Positions 55,753-64,000 of a stretch of 64,000 nt of DNA are shown here, one piece after another (position 1 is the stretch's first letter; each line of letters begins with the position of its first letter). A program made the translations under genes and the position numbers. Source of the DNA: the human T2T-CHM13v2.0 reference genome, Homo sapiens; assembly GCF_009914755.1 (NCBI RefSeq), contig NC_060932.1; one strand, given 5' to 3'. The notes beneath the pieces were generated by a model, which saw only the letters and a program-made list of their open reading frames with translations, made no database searches and was not told the origin of the DNA.

Positions 55753-57422
55753 ATCACAGAGGTAGATCTTGATCTACCTCTAAGATCAGGCTAATTAATT
55801 ACTAAACAATAGTCATAGCCAAAACTTACTGGGAGCTTATTATAGGTCGGGAACTATGCATATTAATCAGATCTTCATTTGTATGTGCTTTGGTTCTTAA
55901 AAATCTAAAAAAGCACCTTATTCCATCACCTCAGAAACTTGGTGTTTCATATTTACATTCCAAATAAACTATTGGGTTCAGTTATAAAATGTTAAAAGTA
56001 TAGAAATTTTTGGTCTGAAAAATATTATCTTTCATATCTTCACAAAAATTAGATCAGTATTTTAAAATATGAACTATAACTAGAAATATATTAATTTGTA
56101 CAAACATTATTTTTAGGAATATAAAATAATTTTCTGTTAAGTCATGGAATAGTCATCAAAATGCTAATTCTGTAACTGGTCCTGCCTCTTTGATACAAAC
56201 AGGGTACTCTGTGAAGCAGTATTCAAAAATGAAAAGGAAACCAGCAGAAGGACATAAATATCAGCTGCCCTTGCCCTGTCCAAGTATTTTAAACACAAAT
56301 ACACACTGCCTAGTAGTCATCATGTAAAAGGTCAATTTCTCCATGGACTGCTTTTCTCATTCATATTATAATACCAACAATTCCATTCTCTTAATCAAAT
56401 ATTTGTTTCTGCAGATAATTATTATTAATGTACATGGCAGGACAACTATCAAAACCTAAGGCATCCCATATATAACTAAATATATTCTTTGATTATTTTA
56501 TCCTTTTTTATCATTAAAGAAAGAAAATTGAAATTTAGTATTTAATAAATTTTGGCAGGCACAATTAGTTCTACCAAAATCAGTAATAGGAATGCACATC
56601 ACTGCTACAAAATTCATGTTAAAATGTAGAAAATATAAGTAAAGGTTGAACAAATAAATATGACACAAAAATAAAATGCAGAAATGAGAAGAAATACACT
56701 TGGGAAAGAGGTAGGATTTTCCAAATCCTGTTTGATAGAACATTCTTTCCCACTATGAGAGTACGAGGTTTATAAACTCACTTCTGGTTGCAGGTATAGT
56801 TTATGCCATCTCTAAAATGCATTTGAAAGCATAGGCTTTGGTGGAAATGCTGTTACCATTCTTTATATTAACTGGTGACAAGAGGGCTCAGGTAGAGGAA
56901 AGTAGGAAAAAACAGGGAAAAGTATGTAATGCAGTGAACTAAAAGGAAACACCCTGGGACACTGACAAGCACTGGGCAGCCTGGACTGTCACAAAGCACT
57001 AAAGATGCTCTCAGGAGAGATGGGGAATGGAGAGGAAGAGGAGTAATGTCACAATTTATACACTATTCAACTTTCATCCCAAGGCAATTCTGATTCCATA
57101 TTCTCCATCAAATAGCCTGTCAATCAAAGAGGAAAACAAAAAAACTCTAACTTCCACTACTACCACCATCTATAATGGCAAAATCATATGATCATTAATG
57201 CTCCTCAAATTCTAGCTCAGCAGATATGTACTGCACTGAATCTGATGTGCATTTTCCATTACTTTGGTTGAACTGATCAAAACAGAAAAATTCTAAATTA
57301 AGGTACAGTTAATCTCTCTCAAAATTTTTATCCTTCGTAGATTCATTATAAAGCTATTGGTAATATTAACAGGATTTTTAAGGATAACAAAAGAGGAAAA
57401 TACAACATACAAAATGTCATAC

Positions 57423-57467
57423 CTGGTGGTACTTCCTGCTGTTCTTCCACAGGAAAAATGCTTACTT
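57423..57467 (-). CDS. ASPH: ASPH/junctate coding exon (45 nt, phase 1-1), (E)VSIFPVEEQQEVPP
   Basis: tttattttag acceptor, CAG|gtatga donor, known peptide. Confidence 0.95.
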
Positions 57468-58769
57468 CTAAAATAAATAATAAAGTTATAATCTGTTACA
57501 TATTGCTGATCAGTGTTTAAAATATGCGTTGCCAGATTTAAGTAATGATGATACTTTTCATAGATTTTTTAAACAATTCAATTGAAATTTTAATAAAAAC
57601 ATTAGGCTTCTATACCCTCACAACAAAGAATGATCAGCTACAACTTAGCAAAATGTTGTGTATTTCTCAACGGTTCAGCACAGCAGGTTTTATAGTACCT
57701 GCCCGACTAACCTCAAACTCCACTGCCCAGCAAAGGAGCTATGGACTAAAACTTATGCTTTCACCACAATTTTGCATCAGATTTGATAAGAGAGCTGTGG
57801 AAAGACACTTAAAGTATCTTATTTCTTCTTTAACATCAAACACTATCCTTCATGAAGTTGTTTTAGAAAACTAATATTCCAGATAATATATTCTGAGACT
57901 AGTCAAAGATATGGATGTGAATGTTTAATATCCTGTCTTTTTCCTTGGTTGCTTCAACCCAGTTACAATTAAAGAGATGGTAGATGTCCCCACCCAGTGA
58001 TTTAAAGACATAGTGATCTGATTTGCTCCATGAAATTACATCACATATTAATATCTTCAAACCTAGCAACCCATTTAACATTACCTTAACCTAGAGATAA
58101 GATTATATCAACATTCCTTTTGGTCCTTAAGAATTGTTAACAATCTTTGGCCAAAAGAAAGATTTTAACAGTATTTTCTAAAACAGAAAACACTTATGGA
58201 GCTATTTTAATAATTTTTCTTCTTGCATTAATTTGCTTCTAATTATAAAAAATGACACATGCTCAAAACAGAATATTTGGAAATATTTCACATAAAAGTA
58301 ATTGAAAACAGCAACAAAAATCACACCCATTCCCACTAACCACTGTTAGTATCTGGCAATATTTTCTTCTTATAACAGCAGTACAGTGACTATTGAATAG
58401 CTATGTTGTGACTGGCTTTTAATAGGTTTGCCTGTTTATTTTGTTCTTAATTATTTGGAGACATATTAACACTTTATCAACTTTGCCAATATTTTTCTCA
58501 GAATTTCTTTTACTTTTGTTATTCTACGCTCAAAATATTGTACATCATAAAGTATTAGTTGCTGCTTTTGTTATTTCCAACACTGATGTTATACTAAGAA
58601 AGCCTTATTATTATTGCAAGTTAAATTTTCATCTAAATTTATTACAAAAAATATACATTCAACAAACTCATATGAAATTTCTTCTGGTATATGATGTAAT
58701 AACATGATTTCTAAAAAGTAAACCGTGAATTAATTCTATCAGCACAATCTGGGTTACCTATTTTATAGC

Positions 58770-59770
58770 CTACTTTTCCTTACTCCAGGTCTTTTTGAAC
58801 CCACTTCATTCTGTATGGCTTTCTCTTCCCCTAATTTACTCAAATGGCTTTTGGTAAGATCACTCACAATCTCTACGTGGCCAAATGCAACTGATAACTT
58901 CTCAGTCCTGAAATTCCTGGGCCACTCAACAACAACATGAAACATATTCACATTTTCCCTTCTCTACTTCTCCACTGGCTTTCCTCCTCACACAATGGCT
59001 GTTCACCTTCCACCCAACCTCACAATATTAGATTCTTAGAGCTCAGTCCTGGGCATGCCTCTTTATCGTCTCTCCACTTGCTTCCAAAATGATCACATCA
59101 GTTTCCATGGATTTAATACCATCTCCACGACAATGGCTCCCAAATGTTTATATTCATCTTAAAACTCACCCAACTAGCTCAGGTTGGCATATTCAACCCC
59201 CCACTTGATACTTTCACTTGGATATATCACATAACTCCCAGAGTTAAAATGTCTGATCTGGGGCGTTTTATTTTCTCTCCTAAACCAGTTTCTTCTATAA
59301 GGTTGGTGCAAAAGTAATTGTGGGTTTTGCTATTACTTTTGCACCAACCTAATACATTCTAATAATAGTTTTCTTCTCTATAAATGGCCCCATCATCTAA
59401 TAGTTACTGAAACCAAATAAAAGACCCCCTTTATTCCTCATCTTTGCTTCACAACCATCAGGAAGGTCAATTAATTTTAATTCTAAAATATATCTCGAGT
59501 TCAACACTTTCCCCTCCATTCCCACTGCCATGATCTTATTTCAGGCTACCACAATCACTTCCTTGGATTAGTACACAATATTTTCCTAACAGGGTGTTTC
59601 GCTCTGCTTCCGTTCTTGCTCCATTCAATCTAGTGAAAGTAATTCACTTTCACATCTAAAACAAAAATCAGATTATGCTATATCTTAAGAATTTTCATAA
59701 TTCACACTGTGCCTAGAATATAATCCAAAAAGCCTTAGTAGGCCTTGCAAGGCCCTGACTGATCTGTACC
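58770..59770 (+). mobile_element. L2 LINE fragment
   Basis: ttggtaagatcactcacaatctctacgtggccaaatgcaa; tttaataccatctccacgacaatggctcccaaatgtttata. Confidence 0.75.
59298..59352. mobile_element. Internally deleted MADE1 (Hsmar1 MITE)
   Basis: Perfect 19-bp inverted arms AGGTTGGTGCAAAAGTAAT (59300-59318 and 59332-59350), TA TSDs. Confidence 0.92.
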
Positions 59771-61683
59771 TATCTCTTTATTGCTTAAGCCAGTTTGAGT
59801 TTCGTTTTCTATTATCTGCAACTGAAAGTAACTTTACTGACACAGATGGAGAATAACAGAAGGGTTTAAACACAGGGCTGATACAATGAGAGCTATACTT
59901 TTGGACAGATCATCCTAACAGTATGTGAAAGATGGGTTTGGAGGGGACAAGAACAGAATCAAGATGTCTAGCTAGCAGACTACTGCTATTATCTAGGAAG
60001 ATGAGAAAGGGCTGAGCCAGACAAGGGGCTATACAAGAGCTATGGAGAAAAAAATGGATTTAAGAAATGTTTAGGGAGTCTATTAACAGGTCTTGGGATT
60101 AGCTATAGAGACAGAGGGAGAGAGGACTCAAAAACGAGTTCCATGTTTCTGGTCTGGGAATCCAAGTATATATTGATACAACCGGCCAAGAGAAGAGGAG
60201 ACAGGGAAAACAAGGTTGGTTGCTGTGAGAGATAAGCTCCCCTCACTGTCCACTCAGGCACTACAGGAGCCCAGCACAGAAGCTGCAGGATGGGTGGCAG
60301 GTGCATAGCCAGGTGCCTCACTGCCCAGGACAGGAAACTCCCTTAGCAGCCTCTGCTATGTCCTCTGTCAACATATCAAAATACTGAAAAGTCTTAGGAA
60401 AAAACTATTTCTAAACCAAGAAAGGTAGGGTCAAATTGCATAGTTCTTTTCTATAAACCATATGTAGGGTAGGTTGGAGAAAGTTCTGCCCAGAGATTAT
60501 GGGTTTCCATCTTCTGATTCTCACCAAATAAACATATAGACTCAGTAATATTCTTCAGAACATTAATATCCCTCATAGAGAACTGAGTAACACAAGGTGG
60601 GAAAAAATCTCAACTCAATTCAGCCTTGCCACACAGAGATGGATCCTGCCTTTACACAAGGGCCCAGAGTGCCTGTACAGGGGTCTCTCGCAGCAGCTAA
60701 GCGGACACAGACAGCAATTTTAGCCTCCCCGATTCCCTTATACCTATCTCCCCCCATTTCAGTCAACTGCACCATTCCATTTTCCTTTCTGCCTAACCAA
60801 GCTCAAAAGCAGTAACATTTAATCTGAAAGGTGACAATTAGCTGCTCCTAAATTTTAAGAGTAATTGTAAGAGCAAAATTCTCCCTCTTACATGCTCCCC
60901 CTGGCAACTTATGGTTGTTAAAGCAGAGACCCCATTCCCTCACACCTTCACACCCCCACGCAGAGTCACCCACAGGTCCCAGTCTTGGGTCGAATATCCC
61001 CTTGGTCACTTACAGCTATGAAACCTAGGGCTAGCCAGTCACCTGACCTCACTCCAGCTTCAGGTCTTCATTTGCAAAATAAGTACAAAGATCTCCACGC
61101 TCCCTGTTTCTCAGTGCCTACTACGAGGAGCAACTGAAATAATATATGTGAAATAACTGTAAAATGCTAACTAAGAACTGTATTTAAATCTAAGTTCTAT
61201 TGAAGCGCCACTGTTTAATACATGCAATTATTTTTGTTTTTCAGAAACCATCCCTTCAGTTCTCCACCACCAAAAAAAAAAAAATTTGTTTTGTTTTCCC
61301 AGGTGAGTCATGACATAAAGACCCATCTTTCAACCCGTCTCTGCCCATAGCTATGCCCTTCTCACCAGATCACCCCTCAGGGGTGGTAACCTGCTGCTAC
61401 TCAGGGTAGCCCTCCACACCCTCATCAATTGTTTGCTGTTACAGTAGCCTGTTTTTATCACTATCATTGTACTTCTCATAATCCTTAATTCCGTTATTTA
61501 TTATCTGTTTGGCCACTGGAATGCCAGCCCCAATGAAAAGAGGACTCTGTGTTTTCTTCCCTCTTGTACTCCTAGCTCCTATGCACTGTATAGACAGCAA
61601 GTAGGAAATGTTCGATAAATAACTGAATAAACAAACACAATTCTCATATGGAAGGTAAAACCACTTCCATAAATTTATCTTAC

Positions 61684-61740
61684 CTTCTACAATTACCTGT
61701 GAATCTTCTACAGGATTATCCTCAGGGGGAGCAGTTACTT
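61684..61740 (-). CDS. ASPH: ASPH/junctate coding exon (57 nt, phase 1-1), (E)VTAPPEDNPVEDSQVIVE
   Basis: tctttattttag acceptor, AAG|gtaaga donor, known peptide. Confidence 0.95.
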
Positions 61741-62058
61741 CTAAAATAAAGAATAAAATCAGAATCCATTACATGTTGCTGACCAGTGACACATCTTACA
61801 TTCACTCGCCTTCATTCAGATTCCTAAATTAACTCGTGTCCACTCAGATTGCTAAATTTGACTCTTTTTAAACTGGGTCTTCTGCAGAGTATTTATATTA
61901 GAATATTAACTTTAATTTTGATACTCAATTATTTTCTTACTGACTTGAAAATGTCTTGCATTTTTTCTACACTGACTCTTTGTTCCACAGGTAGGAGTTT
62001 TAACAAAATACAGGGAAAGCTGACTTGCAGAAAATATGTGCTTACAGAAAAAACTTAC

Positions 62059-62100
62059 CTGTGATTTCTATCCCTTCATTTTCTAGAGGTTCATATACTG
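62059..62100 (-). CDS. ASPH: ASPH/junctate coding exon (42 nt, phase 1-1), (A)VYEPLENEGIEIT
   Basis: Poly(T)-ag acceptor, CAG|gtaagt donor, known peptide. Confidence 0.95.
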
Positions 62101-62959
62101 CTAAAAAAAAAAAAAACAGAAACAAAATCCCGTAACTTTCATTGTAACACAAAAACTGACAACATGCTTTAAGGGCAGAGACAATGCCTTATGCATCTTT
62201 GAACCTGCAAGGTTCAGTCACTGGGAAACAGCCGACTAGAGAGTAGGGTGGAGAAGAGTTTGGTCTAGGGTAAAACAGGCCTGGATTCTAATTCCAGGGC
62301 AGCCACTTTTTACTACCTTTTTAAAATTTTACTACCTTTTTAAAATTTTCTTCATGTCTGTGGTGGAGGTTTTGAATTAGCCGAAGCTGTACCCTGGGAA
62401 TCAACTGGATCCTGGTGTTCATGGGCAGATTCCCTGCTTTGTTTAGGAAACAATTCTCAGACCTCTAACCTGGGGCCAAACACCTCTGCCGCCAGCCCCT
62501 GAGAATGAAGCGTTCCCCACCCTAATTAGGGCGTGCTGCCCTTGCCTCCCTCATTTGCTGGCATGAGGCTCAGTGCTTCTTCTCTGCTCTGCTGCAAGGA
62601 AGTCTCATCTCCACACAGGCCTCTCCAGGGCCCAGTGGCTCAAAGCTTCCTCAGTCAACCTGATCTTCCAAAATACCTCCAATTTTCTGGCACACTACAA
62701 GAAAACATCCTTCTTTTTCCCAGCATGGTTGTAAGTTTATTCTTTCTTATTCATTTAATAAAGAAAAATTATTGAGCACCTACTATCTTTCAGACACTCT
62801 CAGTATTGGGGTACAGCAGGGAACAATGTTTAATAGGTCGTTTTGTCCTTTTGGGGCATTTGAAAGATGAAGGAGCAGTGAATGTGTGCTCACTCTGTTG
62901 CCCTGAGCAGTGTCAGCATTTAAACATGCTCAAGCTTCTAAGAACTTAAAAATGCAATA

Positions 62960-63940
62960 CCACTCTTTCTTAAGCTTGCTTCTCGTCACCCTCTCTTTCT
63001 TCCATTGAACAATCTAATTTCTTCAGTCATTTACATCTCATGGCTCATCTCTTCCTCTCCCCTCAACTCACTCCCGCCTGTCTTCAGACCCTGACCCCAT
63101 CCCTGAAAAGGCTCCTGCTGAGACCCCCTCCAGTGCCTCATTTGATATGATGGACACTCGCCAGCCCTCGCTATATTTTTAGCAACACCATTCTTCTCCA
63201 AACACTGTTGCCCCTGGACTTCAGGGTGACCATACTCTCCCCTTTGGTTTTTCGTTTCTCCCACTCAATCTTCTTTTTCACTTCATCTTTTTCTTAGCCG
63301 TCCTTAAATGCTGGCTTTCTTCAAAGTCCAGCCATAGAACCACCTCATGTCTCCCTCAATCTGCTCTCCTTAAGGGATCTCAGAGCTTGGTCCTGATGAC
63401 CACGTAACTACTCTGATGGTTCCCACACTCACAATCACGAAGTAGACTTCTCTTCTGAGAGTCAAACACCACCAAATGGCTCATTTGATCTCTCCTCTCA
63501 GATGCCTCAAAGAAATCTCACTATCATCATGTAAAGAACTGGACTCATGAGCCCCTGCCCCGTGCTTGACTCCAGTCTCTCCCACGTTAGGAAAAGAGCA
63601 CCCCCTGTCACCAGGCTGCAGAAGCAGAAGAGTGTATGTGGCTCTTGGCACCTTGTTGTCTCCCCCCAGCTACACCCATGCATGAAGACCTGCCAATTTT
63701 ACCTTCTAAGCATTTCTCAACTTTGCCCACTTCCCTCCTCCATCATTGCCACCACCCTTGGTTTAAACTATCATATCTGTCCTATCCGTCCACTGAAACA
63801 GTTCCAGCTAAAGTCACCCGTTGAGGCCACTGCAGCGCCAGATCAGGGCAGGTTTTCAGCACTCATCTCACATGGTTCTCAGTAGCGCAGGGCACCACTG
63901 AACATCCCTTTCTTGAAACTCATCTCCTTTGGTTCCTTCA
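62960..63940 (+). mobile_element. L2 LINE fragments
   Basis: cttctccaaacactgttgcccctggacttcagggtgaccatactctcc; caattttaccttctaagcatttctcaa. Confidence 0.65.
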
Positions 63941-64000
63941 GACAGAGAGAGATGTGATGCACGGAAAGACCCAATTTGGATGATTACAGCTAACTTAACT

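Noticed and set aside
62307-62349. 19-bp tandem duplication (TTTTACTACCTTTTTAAAA)
   Set aside because: Ordinary slippage event inside a MIR-like relic.
63830-63940. GC-richer segment considered as an RNA gene or REST site
   Set aside because: Better explained as a diverged L2 motif (ttttcagcactcatctcac..ctttcttgaaact).

Overview
Primate (human-like) genomic DNA lying entirely inside the ASPH (aspartyl/asparaginyl beta-hydroxylase / junctate) gene, which is transcribed on the minus strand. Six small coding exons with canonical splice sites (62059-62100, 61684-61740, 57423-57467, 42723-42764, 7683-7768, 512-598) splice in frame to AVYEPLENEGIEIT-EVTAPPEDNPVEDSQVIVE-EVSIFPVEEQQEVPP-ETNRKTDDPEQKAK-VKKKKPKLLNKFDKTIKAELDAAEKLRKR-GKIEEAVNAFKELVRKYPQSPRARYGKAQ. 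An alternative terminal exon starting at 50017 gives the junctate/humbug C-terminus (...PPDT*). The introns hold a near-intact KRT8 processed pseudogene (single R40* stop) inserted in a THE1 MaLR, a 3'-truncated 7SK pseudogene, nested L1s, Alus, L2/MIR, MLT LTRs and Tigger/MADE1 DNA transposons. No prokaryotic-type system or CRISPR array is present, and nearly all ORFs in the supplied track are spurious. The most promising unexplained signals are a sense-strand AG|GTAAGT ratchet site with a 21-nt in-frame RS-exon (13186-13206), a candidate third terminal exon with its own AATAAA (31063-30952), 40/48 identity between the intronic acceptor flanks of two acidic-domain exons (exon duplication), and a 75-bp inverted duplication at 32570-33248 that is not made of recognisable repeat. 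Repeat subfamily calls come from remembered consensus sequences, and their boundaries are approximate unless a TSD is given.
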